A stretch of DNA of 62,000 nt from Chiloscyllium plagiosum (lineage: Eukaryota). Positions within the stretch are counted from its first letter, which is position 1. Each line of letters opens with the position of its first letter. Below are positions 37,940 through 51,000 of this stretch, in pieces. The notes beneath the pieces were generated by a model. The model was not told the DNA's origin, did no database searches, and saw nothing but the letters and a program-made list of their open reading frames with translations. The DNA is taken from positions 9,953,562-10,015,561 of the forward strand of contig NC_057754.1 of the NCBI RefSeq assembly GCF_004010195.1, in the 5' to 3' direction. Made by a program: the position numbers and the translations under genes.

Positions 37940-38380
37940 TTTTTACCTTGCACGGTGAAAGGCCGATGATATTGAGGTGCTGGTGAAGGGAGTGACCCTG
38001 TCAGGTCAACGCTTCCCCTTGAGTTGTGCTACAAAAGGAGTGGACAGAAAGCCCCGCGCTCTCTGTCCGGGACACAATGTTCCGGCTCGAGACTGCCGCA
38101 GCCTGGCCGCGCCCCTCATTCACCTCGGTTGGTTGGGAAGCCAGAGGAAATCCCCGCCCCTCCGTTACCATTGGTCTTGAGCCGCCGTCAATCATTCAGA
38201 CGGAATCGGCATGTTACCAATCGAGGCTTGGAGTCTGCGCAGTACGAGGGATGGCCACCTGGAGGCGGTGATTTGTGACTTCTGCAAACAGTCCGGAAGG
38301 GTCGATCTGGCGGGTAGGCTGCACGAAGTGTTCAGCGCAGGTCTCAATCTCCAACCGAGTGACTTTTAAAGCAAATGACG
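37940..38380. promoter_or_regulatory. CpG-rich, probably bidirectional promoter between divergent ZNF loci
   Basis: Local CpG enrichment; GC box CCCCGCCCC at ~38152-38160; ATTGG at ~38170 and CCAAT at ~38217 in opposite orientations; candidate minus-strand donor AAG|GTAAAA at 37947/37946. Confidence 0.65.
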
Positions 38381-38384
38381 GCCT

Positions 38385-38722
38385 TGTGTAGGAAAGATGT
38401 TGTTAAACTTGAGAGGGTGCAGAAAAAATGTACAGAAGTGTTGCTGGGACCTCAGCGAGAGGCTGTAAAGGCTGGAGCTATTTTCCCTGGAGTGTTCAAG
38501 GCTGAGGGGTGACCTTACAGAGGTTTATAAATTATGTGGGGTATGGATAGGATGAATAGTCAAGGTTTTTTCTTCCTCGGGTGGGAAGTCCAAACAAGAG
38601 GATATAGGTTTAAGGTGAGAGGGGAAGGATTTAGAAAGGACCTGAAGTCTCATGCAAAGGGTGGTGCATGTGGAACAAGCTGCCAGAGGAAGTGGTGGAG
38701 GCTGGTACAATTACAACATTCT
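38385..38722 (+). mobile_element. CR1 3' fragment
   Basis: AGGAAAGATGTTGTTAAACTTGAGAGGGTGCAG...GGCTGAGGGGTGACCTTACAGAGG. Confidence 0.85.
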
Positions 38723-39102
38723 CTCTCACTTTTTTGTTTTCAATCAATTTCACAGAATATTAGAAGGGGAAGATTTGCATTGAGGAGACTTAAATCAAAT
38801 ATCACATCAGGATGGGAGTTATCCAATTTATTGTACCCTGAATACCATTGGATATTAAACGTAGAGGAAAAAGCACCATTCACAGGATGAGAAACCATGC
38901 ACATATTATATATGTAGACAAAACTTCAGAACATAAATGCAGTCACACTGTAGAGATGCCATTCATCTGTTCTAAGTGTGGGAAAGGATTCACTTGATCA
39001 TCCAGACTGCTGTAACAAATGGTTCACACTGAGGAGAGACCTTTTAAATGCCCAGACTGTGGGAACAGCTATAAAAATTCTGGGGCCCTGATGTCCCACC
39101 AA

Positions 39103-40010
39103 CATGGTGGCTCAGTGGTTAGCACTGCTGTCTCACAGTGCCAGGGACCCAGGTTCGATCATAATCCTCTTGTGATTGTCTGTGTGGAGTTTTCAGATTC
39201 TCCCTGTGTCTGCATGGGTTTCCTCTGGGTGCTGCAGTTTCCTTCCACAGTCCAAAAATGTGCAGTTTAGTGGGTTGGTCATGTTAAATTGCCCACAGTG
39301 TCTAGAGATGTGCAGGCTAGGTGGATTAGCCATGGGAAATGCAGGTGTGAGAAACAAAGCTCACTCACTTCAATAATTTCAGTCTGAGACAAGATCTGAA
39401 TCAGTAGTGTCATTTATTTCACTCATGCAAGAGGGTGCGATGTCCACTGTCTACAAGACAGGGACACACACACTCTGAATTCAACGAATCCTATTTTTTT
39501 ATCCCATTGCTCCTTCCCGTTTACATCTTCCACTTCTCTAAGACCGACACCCATTACTCCTGTTTATCTCTTGCCTTATCTGGCCTTGTCTGTGACAAAA
39601 TGCTTATGTCTGGCCTCACAAGGCCGTTTTACCACATCCCGCTGTGGCCCATTGTTAGGTATATCCTTTCTTCCCCATTATCTACTCCCTCCATCTGTGC
39701 TTTCCCCAACCATACTGATCCTTATGATCTTTCAATTGGGGTTTGTTCCTGTGTTTCTGTGAAAGTGGGAAACAGATTCTTGTTGACTCAGCTCTTAGTT
39801 TAAACAATTACACACTGGTGTGAGTTCACTTACCTTGCATAAGTAATTATAATTGCAGAAGTAACACTACTTTACCTATATCTCACACAGGCTTCTAGGG
39901 ATAATGTAGGCTGGGAGTGATCCTGTGTGGGATGCTGTTTGGAGGGTTGGTATAGACTCAGTTGAATGGCCTGCTTCCACACTGTAGGGATTTTATGATT
40001 TTCTATGATT
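39103..40010 (+). mobile_element. HE1-related SINE split by a solo LTR
   Basis: Head CATGGTGGCTCAGTGGTTAGCACTG at ~39103; tail GAATGGCCTGCTTCCACACTGTAGGGATTTTATGATT at ~39965-40010. Confidence 0.8.
39346..39887 (-). mobile_element. Solo LTR (542 bp)
   Basis: TGTGAGA...TCTCACA inverted termini; perfect 4-bp TSD CAGG (39342-39345, 39888-39891); minus-strand AATAAA near 39413-39418. Confidence 0.88.
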
Positions 40011-41450
40011 CTCACACTGTTGAGAGAATGTTCAAATGCTTTCACTGCAGGACTGGGTCAGGCAATCATTCTGAACTCATTGATCATCAGAGGATTCACA
40101 CCAGGGAGAGACCATTCACCAGCTCAGAATGCAGTATGTGATTCATTCAATTATCCATCCTAATGAAACACCAACAAGTTCACACTGAGGAGAGATCTTT
40201 TAAATGTCCAAACTGTAGGAAGTTCTGTAAAAGCTCTGGGCCCCTGATATACCATCAACGTGTTCACACTGATGAGAGACCTTTCACGGTGGGGCTGGAT
40301 GTAAGTGTTCATCGCAACTCACTGCACACTGGGAAAGATTATTCACCTGCACTTAGTGTGTTAAGGGATTCACTCATAGATCCAACATGCTGAAACACCA
40401 GTGAGTTCATACAGAGATGAGGTCTTTTAAATGCCCAGACTGTCAAACATAGAACACAGGAACGGGTACTTCGGCCCATGATATTGTGCCGAACATGACA
40501 CCAAGTTAAAGAAATCCCTTCAGTCTGCAACTGGTCCATATCACTCCATTTCTTGCATATTCATGTGCTTATCCAAAAGACCCTTAAATGCCCGTAATGT
40601 ATCTGCTTCCATCACCACCCCTTCCAGACACCACCTTTTTCTGTGTAAACATTCCTGCCCCCCACAACTCCTTTGAACTCTTCCCCCTTACCTTGATATT
40701 AATCATTTCAAGTCTGGAAAAAGATTCTGACCATCAACCTGTATCTATGTATCTCTCCTCAGCCTCTGCCACTCCATAGAAAATAACCTTAGCTTTTCTA
40801 GCCTTTCCTTATAGTTCATTTCCTCTAATCCAGGCAGCATCCCAGTAAACCTCTTTTTCACCCTCTTCAAAGCCTCCGTATCCTTCTTGTAATATGGTGA
40901 CCAGAATTGAATGCAATAAGTGTTGCCCAGCCTTACAAAGTTACAACATAACATCCTGATTCCTGTATTCAATTTCACGACCAGTAAAGGCAAGCAAGTC
41001 ATACGCTGCATTTACCACCTCATCCACTTGCATGGCTACTTTCAAGGAGCTATGGACTTGAACCCCAAGATCCCTCTGTGTCAATGCTGTTTAGGATCCT
41101 GCTATTAACTCTATACATTTCCTTAAATTCAATCTCCCAAAGTGCTCCACCTCATACTTATCCGGATTAAACGCCATCTGCTATTTCTCTGCCCATATCT
41201 TCAACTAATCTATATACTGCTGTGTCCTTTCACAACCTTCTGCGCTATCCACAATTTCACTGAGCTTGTCTGCAAACCTATTAACCCACCTATCAAGATT
41301 TTCACCCAAGTCATATATATGTATCACAAACAACAGGGGTCCCAGTATGGATCCTGCGGAACACCATTAGTCATGGACCTCAGCCAGAAAACCACCACTA
41401 CACCCTGCCTTATATGGGCAAGCCAATTCGGAATCCACATGTCCAAGTCA

Positions 41451-41780
41451 GATTAGATTAGATTAGATTCAATTCCCTACAGTGTGGAAACAGGCCTCTT
41501 TGGCCCAGCAAGTCCACACCAACCCTGTGAAGAGTAACCCACCCAGACCCATTTCCCTTTGACTAATGCACCTAACACTATGGGCAATTTAGCTTGGCCA
41601 ATCCACCTAAGCTGCACATCTTTGGACTGTGGGAGGAAACCGGAGCACCCGGAGGAAACCCACGCAGACACAGGGAGAATATACCAACTCCACACAGACG
41701 GTCACCCGAAGCAGGAATCGAACCTGAGTCCCTGGTGCTGTGAGGCTGCAGTGCTAACCACTGAGCCACCGTGCTGCCCC
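41451..41780 (-). mobile_element. HE1-type SINE with (CTAAT)n tail
   Basis: Reverse strand GGGGCAGCACGGTGGCTCAGTGGTTAGCACTG...; tail reads (GATTA)n on +. Confidence 0.92.
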
Positions 41781-41782
41781 AA

Positions 41783-41863
41783 GGCAGCGGTGGGAGTCGA
41801 ACCCACACCTCCGTGGAGGCTGAAACCTTAATCCAGCATCTTAGACCGCTCAGCCAAGGCACC
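41783..41863 (-). pseudogene. tRNA-Leu(AAG) pseudogene fused to the SINE 5' end
   Basis: GGTGCCTTGGCTGAGCGGTCTAAGATGCTGGATTAAGGTTTCAGCCTCCACGGAGGTGTGGGTTCGACTCCCACCGCTGCC; about 13/81 differences from the vertebrate Leu-AAG sequence as recalled; long variable arm; acceptor stem disrupted. Confidence 0.85.
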
Positions 41864-44239
41864 AAGTCACCGTGGATCCCATGCATCTTAATTGTCTGGA
41901 CAAGCCTACAATGTGGGACCTTGTTGAAAGCCTTACTAAAATCCATGTAGACAACATCCAGTGTTCTACCCTCGTCAATCACCTTCGTCACCTCCTATAT
42001 CAAAATTCAATCAAATCAGTAAGTCATGACCTGGCCTGTAAAAAGCTATGCTGTTTCTAATTAGGCCATGCTTTTCCAAGTGTGCATAAATCCTATCCCG
42101 AAGAATTCTCTCCAATAGCTTCCCAACTATTGATGAGACTCACTGGTCTATACTTTTCTGAGTAATTCCTTTTCTCTTCTTGAACAGAGGAACAACTTTA
42201 ATTATTCACCAGTCCTCCGGGACCTCTCCAGTGGGTAGCAACGATACAAAGATCTTGGTCAAGGCCCGGCAATCTCCTCTCTTGCCTCGCTCAATAACCT
42301 GGGGCACGTACCATCGGGTCCTGGGGAATTATCTACTTCAATGCTACTCAAGAGACCCAACACCACTTCTTTCTTGATCTCAACATGCCCTAGCACATTC
42401 AGGTCACTGGACGCAAACCATCAACTCTGATTTCTCTTCACAAATGGCTTCAGGCCTGCTCAGCTTTTCCAGCAATTTCTGGTTTTGATCCCAGCATTTT
42501 GACATGCTCACTAATCTCACTGTCCTCCATATCCTTCTCCTGGGTGAATACCGATGCAAAATACTCATTTCGGATCTCGCCACATCCTGTGCTTCCAAGC
42601 ACAAGTTCCCTCTTTTATCCTTGATTGGTCCTACCTTCTCCTTAGTTATCCTTTTGTTTTTAATGTATGTATATAGAATGCCTTGAGATTCTCTCTAACA
42701 CTACTTGGCAAGGTCATTTCATGGCCCCTCCTTGCTCTCCTAATTCCCTGCTTTCTTTATATTCCTCATGGGCCCTGATGGATTTTAGCTTCCTAAACCT
42801 TACATATGGTTTTTTTTTCCCTTTTGACTAAATTCACTAGCTCCGTCATTATCCAAGAGTCCCTTACCTTACCATCCATGTCCTTCCTCCCTTATTGAAA
42901 CATGCTGGTCTTCAACTTTGACCGGAAGGTCTTCAAACCATGCCTACATATTAAATGTGAACTTGCCTGATAACAGCTCTTCCAATTAACACTCCCTAGC
43001 TTCTGCCTAATTCTGATGTAATGTGCCTTTCCCCAAGTTAGCTTCCTACAAAGCTCTGACTTATTCATAGCTCTCTAAAAGCTTAAGGAATTGTAATCAC
43101 TGTTTCCAAATGCTCTCCCACTGAAAAGTCAGTCATCTGACCAGGCTCATTAGTTTCAGTATAACCCCTCCTCAAAGTGGACTACTCACGCACCTTTTCA
43201 AGAAACCCTCTTGGATGCCCAGTCTACGGTCTGAAGAAAACCCAGTCAATATTGGGGAAGTTAAAGTCCCCCCACTATGACAATCCTGTTGTAATTGCAT
43301 CTTTTCATGATCTGCTGTCATATCTTTTCTTCGATGTCTCAGTGGTTGTTGAGGGGCCTATAGTATGATCCTATCTAAGTGATTGTACCCACCTTATTTT
43401 TGAGCTCGACTCATATTGCTTCAGTGGATGGACCCTCCAGTATGTCCCCGCTGAGTGCAGATGTGACATTGTCCCTAATTAGTAATGCATATCTTCCACC
43501 TCTTTTACCTCCCTCTCTATCTTGTTGGAAGAAATGAAACCTGGGAACATTCAGCATCCAGTCCTGTCCCTCTCTCAACCATGTCTCTGTAATGGCCACA
43601 ATATCTTAGGGCCATGTACTGGTCCAGGCTCTAAGCTTCTCTGCCTTACCTATAATATTGCTTGCATTGAAATAAACCCACTTCAGTCCATTTGCACCAT
43701 CATGTTCATTTACCTGTCTGCCTCTCCTTCCTTTCTGATTTACTGATCCTAACATCTACCTTCCCCTCAATCCCTCCACCTGCTGACCTACTGCTCTGGT
43801 TTCCAGCTCCCTGCCACTCTTGTTTAAACTCTCTTGTGAAATTGCAACAAAAACTCTGTGGACTTGATTTCCAGTTAAAATGTTCACATGAATGAGAATG
43901 TTCAGTGTGATCAAATCCCTGCTTGATAGTGTCCCTACCTCTTGGCCAGAAGATCTGGTTTCACTCCCATCTGCCATCCAAACAGTTTGACTTTTTTATT
44001 GATGTGTCATGTACATTGGGATCTGTTTCTGCTGAAGTTAATGAACTCCAGCTCAGTTAAAGGGACTCCCATTCTAGATGACAGTGAAATAAACACACTT
44101 TGTGTTAAACACTCTATATTGAATATTTTTAATCTCATCAGCACAAGTTAATGGAACATATGTTCCAAGGCATTGATTACATCTCAGATACTATCAGAAA
44201 AGCAAACATAGAGCTGTGGATACTAGAAACCTGAAACCG

Positions 44240-45960
44240 TCTGATGTTGGTGGTGGGCAAGAAGTTGGAGGGAATCCTGAGGGACAGGATGTTCATGTAT
44301 TTGGAAAGGCAAGGACTGAACAGGGATAGTCAACATGGCTTTGTGCGTGGAAAATCATGTCTCACAAACTTGATTGAGTTTTTTTAAGAAGTAACAAAGA
44401 GGATTGATGAGGGCAGAGCGGTAGATGTGATCTATATGGACTTCAGTGTGGGCGGCACAGTGGTTAGCACTGTGCCTCACAGCGCCAGAGACCCAGGTTC
44501 AATTCCCACCTTAGGCGACTGACTGTGTGGAGTTTGCACATTCTTCCCATGTCGGCATGGGTTTCCTCCGGGTGCTCCGGTTTCCTCCCACTGTCCAAAA
44601 ATGTGCAGGTTAGGTGAATTGGCCATGCTAAATTGCCCATAGTGTTAGATGAAGAGGTAAGCGTAGGGGAATGGGTCTAGGTGGGTTGCGCTTCGGTGGG
44701 TCGGTGTGGACTTGTTGGGCCGAAGGGCCTGTTTACCCACTGTAAGTAATCTAATCTAATCTAATCTAATCTAATCTAATCAGTAAGGCATTCAACAAGG
44801 GTCCCCATGGGAGACTGATTAGCAAGGTTAGATCTCACGGAATACAAGGAGAACTAGCCATTTGGATACAGAACTGGCTCAAAGGTAAAAAACAGAAGGT
44901 GGTGGTGAAGGGTTGTTTTTCAGACTGGAGGCCTGTGACCAGTGGAGTGCCACAAGGATCGGTGCTGGGTCCTCTACTTTTTGTTATTCACATAAATTAT
45001 TTGGATGCAAGCATAAGAGGTACAGTTAGTAAGTTTGCAGGTGACACCAAAATTGGAGGTGGAGTGGACAGTGAAGAAGGTTACCTCAGATTACACAACA
45101 GGATCTTGACCAAATGGGCCAATGGGCTGAGAAGTGGCAGATGGAGTTTAATTCAGATAAATGTGAGGTGCTGCATTTTGGGAAGGCAAATCTTAGTAGG
45201 ACTCATAAACTTAATGGTAAGGTCCTAGGGAGTGTTGCTGAACAAAGAGACCTTGGAGTGCAGGTTCATAGCTCCTTGAAAGTGGAGTCGCAGGTAGATA
45301 GGATAGTGAAGAAGGCGTTTGGTATGCTTTCCTTTATTGGTCAGAGTATTGAGTACAGGAGTCGGGAGGTCATGTTGCAACTGTACAGGACATTGGTTGG
45401 GCCACTTTTGGAATATTGCGTGCAATTCTGGTCTCCTTCCTATCGGAAAGATGTTGTGAAACTCGAAAGGGTTCAGAAAAGATTTACAAGGATGTTGCCA
45501 GGGTTGGAGGATCTAAGCTACAGGGAGAGGCTGAACAAGCTGGGGCTATTTTCTCTGGAGCGTCAGAGGCTGAGGGGTGACCTTACAGAGGTTTACAAAA
45601 TTATGAGGGACATGGATAGGATAAATAGGCAAAGTCTTTTCCCTGGGGTGGGGGAATCCAGAACTAGAGGGCATAGGTTTAGGGTGAGAGGGGAAAGATA
45701 TAAAAGAGACCTACGGGGCAACTTTCTAACACAGAGGGTGGTAAGTGTCTGGAATGAGCTGCCAGAGGAAGTGGTGGAGGCTGGTACAATTGCAACATTT
45801 AAGAGGCATTTGGATGGGTATATGATTAGGAAGGGTTTGGAGGGATATGGGCCAGGTGCTGGCAGGTGGGACTAGATTAGGTTGGGATATCTGGTCAACA
45901 TGGACATGTTGGACCGAAGGGGGGGTCTGTTTCCATGCTGTACATCTCTATGACTCTATA
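44240..45960 (+). mobile_element. Relatively young 5'-truncated CR1 (HER1-like) LINE
   Basis: 253-aa open C-terminal ORF2 (45114-45875) and GVPQGSVLGPLLF; frameshift near 45100; tail TCTATGACTCTAT. Confidence 0.93.
44449..44780 (+). mobile_element. HE1-type SINE with (CTAAT)6 tail inserted in CR1 RT
   Basis: Flanked by CAGT repeats that split the CR1 GACTTCAGT|AAGGC (DFSKA) motif. Confidence 0.92.
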
Positions 45961-46075
45961 AAAGTAGAAATTTCTGGAGAAACTCAGCAGGTTTGGCACA
46001 CCTGTGGAGTTAATCTTAATAATTCAGAATATTGTGCAATTATCAGAGGACACGTCCAATTCTGACCATTACAGT

Positions 46076-46683
46076 TGTTATGGACCAGTCCTGACCCCCT
46101 CCGGACATTTCAAGAAAGTGACCCTAACTTTGCTAATTATTTTAAGCAGGTGTATAGTGGATATTCCAAGAGAGATGCAGATGGTCAAACTACTTAGTTT
46201 TAAACATAACTAACGAGATTACCGAATGAAACACAAACAAAAGAGTACAGAATACCAAATAACTTAACCTATCCGAAAACCCAACAGACTATCCGCGCTT
46301 AATAATGCTGTTCCAAATACTTGCAATAATCCCCATAAACACCCCTTGGCACAAAAGGAAAAATCAAACACAGGTTCTTACAAGAGAGATGTCAGAGATA
46401 GAGGACCAGCATGAACCTGTTTCTTTGGGACCAGCAGTTTCACAAATGACTGCTCGCTAACCAAACCAAACCAGAGAAAAGCTGAGCTGGGAGAACTGGC
46501 CACTCCCCTTTCATTGTACAAGTTTTGCTTTTTAACTTTTTGCCTGAGGCAGTACCTGTTAGCTATTAAGAAATTGTCCCTAAAACCCTTCAAACTAGAC
46601 TTTTTGGAATTGCTGCTTTTATGACCTCACTGTAAAAAAGGCCAAGGACAGCATAACCTTATTAAAGGAGCAGCACCATCACA
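46076..46683 (-). mobile_element. Solo LTR (608 bp), Gypsy-type
   Basis: TGTTATG...CATCACA termini; 4-bp TSD CAGT (46072-46075, 46684-46687); ends resemble the LTR at 18219-20666; strand inferred from that copy. Confidence 0.82.
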
Positions 46684-47239
46684 CAGTGAGGATGGTTGGG
46701 CCAAGAACACTATTATGAGGAACTCCTGCAACGATGAGCTAGGCTTGAGATGATTGACTACCGCGAACCACAAGCATTTTGGCTGAATATGATTCAAACC
46801 AATGGAGAGTGTTACCTTTGATTCTTGGTGATGTCTTAGTCAAATGTCAAGGGCAGTCACTCTCCCCTCATGTCTGGAATGCAAACATTTTGCCCATGGT
46901 TGGGCCAATGCTATAAAGAGTTCAGGAGCTGAATGGCCCTGGCAGAAGCTAAACTGAGCATTAATGATCTGGTCCCTTTCATAGTTTTGCTGACAATGAA
47001 TTGATAGGTTGATAATTGGCATGGATTTGTTCTGTATTTTGTGGACTCAACATAAGTGGGCAATTATTTTTAGATTGCCAGTTTTGTAGTTGCACTGGAA
47101 TAACGTGGCTGGGATCCACCAGTTTTGGAACACAAATCTCTCGTACTGTTGTCGGACTATTGTGCAATTTCCAATTCTTAATTTATTACCAAGAAATTGA
47201 TTAATAAAAACATCAACTTTACTGAACACTGACAAATCT

Positions 47240-47850
47240 GTGAGGGTTATTAAGGCACTTAGCACGCTTGCCTTCATTGCTCAGACCTTTGAGTATAAGA
47301 CTTGGGACGTTGGTAAAGCCATGTTTGGAGTACTGCATATCGTTCTGGTCACCGTGCTATAGGAAGGATATTATTGATTTGTAAAGGATTTCCCATTTCA
47401 GAGAAGATTTAACAGGATTTTGCTCAAACTGGAGGGTTTGATTTAAAATAAGGGTTGGATAGGCTGGGAATTACCTTACTGGAGCGCAGGAGGGTGAGGG
47501 GTGACCCTCTAGAGGTTTATAAAATCATGAGGGGCATAGATAGGTCTTTTCCCTAGGTTGGGGGAGTTCAAAACTAGGGCTTACATTTTTAAGGTGAGAG
47601 GAGAAAGATGTAAAAGGGACCTGAGAGGTAACATTTTCACAGAGAATGGTTCTTATGTAGAATGAACTGCCAGAGAAAATGGAATACAGGTATAGTTACA
47701 TTTTAAAAAACCATTTAGACAGGTACATGAACAATGAAAGTTTTAGAGGGATATGGGTAAAACGCAGGCAAGTAGGACTAGTTTACTTTGGGAAATATGG
47801 TTGGTTAGATGAGTTGGACAGAAGGGTCTGTTCCCTTGCAGGGATTCTTA
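47240..47850 (+). mobile_element. CR1 3' fragment, decayed
   Basis: GAGTACTGCATATCGTTCTGGTCACC...GAGGGGTGACCCTCTAGAGG...GAAGGGTCTGTT. Confidence 0.8.
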
Positions 47851-48002
47851 AAGCAAGCTGAGATCAATCATATTCTCATAATTTTGGCAAAACATTATTG
47901 TAAATGCTTCAACCCTTTACTTTGCAATGATGTGCTGAGCATCCCCACTATGCATGCTACAAGAGATTAATTGCTCCTTTCAGTCTGTTTTTTTTTACTG
48001 AA

Positions 48003-51000
48003 TGAAGTCAAAAATCACATGACACCAGGTTGTAGTGCAATAGGTTTACGTGAAACCGCAAGGATTCGGAGCCCCAGCTCCCTCTTCAGGCAGCTCATGA
48101 GACAGAATACATCAGACACAGAATTTATAGTAAAAGATCAAAGGGTCATACAATTTATACAAATGTATTGAACAATCCTAGATGGCTATTAAGTCTCTAA
48201 TCAATTAGAATGGAGGTACAGGTTTCGATATATTCGGCATGGACAGGTTGGACCAATAGGTCTGTTTCCATGCTGTACATCTCTATGACTCTATAAATCC
48301 CTGCCGCAAAATAATTTCAGGTTTTATCAGAATAAAGGTGACACCTTAGGTTAAACAATGCATTTTAGGTGTGAGGCCATGTTTCAAGTCTGTTTGTATC
48401 TCATCCTGGAGCCGTACTGGTTCTATTTCCGAAACAGGAATTTATAAAATGTCACTCTGACTGACTGTCTACGGATTGTGTGCCTTTTGAACAAAATAAA
48501 ATGTGTCTGCAAATATGTGCAAGGGGAGTGGAGACAGTGCATGTGTGTGTGAGGGTGTGTATGTGAGGGAGACAGTGTGGGTGTGTAAGTGCGCATGCTG
48601 TTGAGAGAGAGAGTGTGTGAGAGTCATAGAGATGTACAACACAGAAACAGACCCTTCGGTCCAATTCGTCCATGCTCGACCAGATATCCCAACCCAATCT
48701 AGTCCCACCTGCCAGCACCCGGCCCATATCCCTCCAAACCCTTCCTGTTCATATACCCATCCCGATGCCTTTTAAATGTTGCAATCGTACTAGCCTCCAC
48801 CACTTCCTCTGGCAACTGATTCCATACACGTACCATTCTCTGCGTGAAAAAGTTGCCCCTTAGGTCTCTTTTATATCTTTCCCAATTGCACGCAATATTC
48901 CAAATGTAGCCTAACCAATGTCCTGTATAGCTGCAACATGACCTCCCAACTCCTGTACTCAATACTCTGACCAATAAAGGAAAGCATATCAAATCAAACG
49001 CCTTCTTCACTATCCTATCTACCTGCGACTCCACTTTCAAGGAGCTATGAACCTGCACTCCAAGGTGTCTTTGTTCAGCAACACTCCCTAGGACCTTACT
49101 ATTAAGTGTATAAGTCCTGCTCTGATTTGCTTTTCCAAAATGCAGCACCTTGCTTACATCTAAATTAAACTCCATCTGCCATTCCTCAGCCCACTGGCCC
49201 ATCTGATCAAGATCCCGTTGTAATCTGAGGTAACCTTCTTCACTGTCCACTACACCTCCAATATTGGTCTCTTCTGCAAACTTACTAACCATACCTCCTA
49301 TGTTCACATCAAAATCATTTATATAAATGATGAAAAGTAGAGGACGCAGTACCGATCCTTGTGGTACTCCACTGCTCACAGGCCTCCAGTGTGAAAAACA
49401 ACCCTTCACCACCACCCTCAGTCTTCTACCTTTGAGCCAGTTCTGTGTCCAAATGGCTAGTTCTCCCTGTATTCCATGAAATCTAACCTTGCTAACCAAT
49501 TTCCCATGGGGAACCTTGTTGAACGCCTTACTGAAGTCCATATAGGTCACGTCCATCGCTTTGCCCACATCAATCCTATTTGTTACTTCTTCAAAAAACA
49601 CAATCAAGTTTGTGTTACATGATTTCCCATGCACAAACTAATGCTGACCATCCCTAATCAGTCCTTGCCTTTCCAAATACATGTACATCCTGTCCCTCAG
49701 GATTCCCTCCAATAAGTTGCCCACCACCAACGTCAGATTTACTGGTCGCTAGTTCCCTGGCTTGTCCTTACCACCTTTCTTAAACAGTGGCACCACATTA
49801 GGCAATCTCCAGTCTTCCGGCACCTCACCTGTGACTATTGATGATATAAATATCTCAGCAAGAGGCCCACCAATCACTTCTCTAGCTTCCCACAGAGTTT
49901 GAGGGTACACCTGATCAGGTCCTGGGGATTTATCCACCTTTAACCGTTTCAAGACATCCAGCACTTCCTCCTCTGTAATCTGGACATTTTGCAAGGTGTC
50001 ACCATCTATTTCCCCACATTCTATATCTTCAATGTCCTTTTCCACTGTAAACACTGATGCAAACTACTCAGTATCTCCCCATCTCCTGTGGCTCCACACA
50101 AAGGCTGTCTTGCTGATCTTTGAGGGGCCCTATTCTCTCCCTAGTTACCCTTTTGTCCTTAATGTAATGTATTTGTAAAAACCCACTGGATTCTCCTTAA
50201 GTCTATTTGCCAAAGCTATCTCATGTCCCCTTTTTGCCCTCCTGATTTCGCTTAAGTATACTTCTACTGTCTTTATACTCTTCTAGGGATTCATTCAGTC
50301 TATCATGTCTATACCTGACATATGCTCCCTTCTTTTTCTTAACCAAACCCTCAATTTCTTTAGTCACCCAGCATTCCCTATATCTACCAGCATTTCCTTT
50401 CACCCTAACAGGAATATATGGTCTCTGGACTCTGGTTATCTCATTTCTGAAGGCTTCCCATTTTCCAGCCGTCCCTTTACCTGCGAACAACTGACCCAAT
50501 CAACTTTTGAAAATCCTTGCCTCATATCATCAAAATTAGCCTCCTTCTAATTTAGAACTCCAACTTTTAGATCCTGTCTATCCTTTTCCATCACTATTTT
50601 AAAACTAATAGAATGATGGTCGTTGGCCCCAAAGTGCTCTCCCACTGACACCTCAGTCACCTGCCCTGCCTTATTTCCCAAGAGGAGGTCAGGTTTTGCA
50701 CCTTCTCTAGTAGGCACATCAAGGAATTGAATCAGAAAATTTTCTTGTACACACTTAACAAATTCCTCTCCATCTAAACCCTTAACACCAGTCTATGTTT
50801 AGAAAGTTAAAATCCCCTACCATTACCACCCTATTATTCTTACAGATAACTGAAATCTCCTTACAAATTTGTTTCTCAATTTCCTGCTCACTATTATGGG
50901 GGCTATAATATAATCCCAATAAGGTGATCATCCCTTTATTTCTCAGTTCAACCCAAATAACTTTCCTGGATGTATTTCCGGGAATATCTCCCTCAGTACA

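Larger units (their letters stand above)
38756..40445 (+). pseudogene. C2H2 zinc-finger pseudogene split by a SINE and solo LTR
   Basis: Acceptor CAATTTCACAG at 38755 with the same leader as the two intact ZNFs; finger remnants ([38 protein letters not shown]) with stops and frameshifts. Confidence 0.85.
40446..43830 (-). mobile_element. CR1 LINE ORF2 and 3' UTR, decayed
   Basis: YCIQFWSPYY, VVYMDFSKAFNKVPH and MAITETWLREG (endonuclease) motifs in order. Confidence 0.88.

Noticed and set aside
41783..41863. Functional tRNA-Leu gene
   Set aside because: Acceptor stem mispaired, anticodon stem altered, no adjacent poly-T terminator, and enclosed in a retro-insertion TSD.
45114..45875. 253-aa ORF (and the 311-aa ORF 48699-49634) as host genes or active LINEs
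   Set aside because: Fragments of truncated or frameshifted CR1 ORF2; catalytic FADD is altered to FAGD and FAEE.
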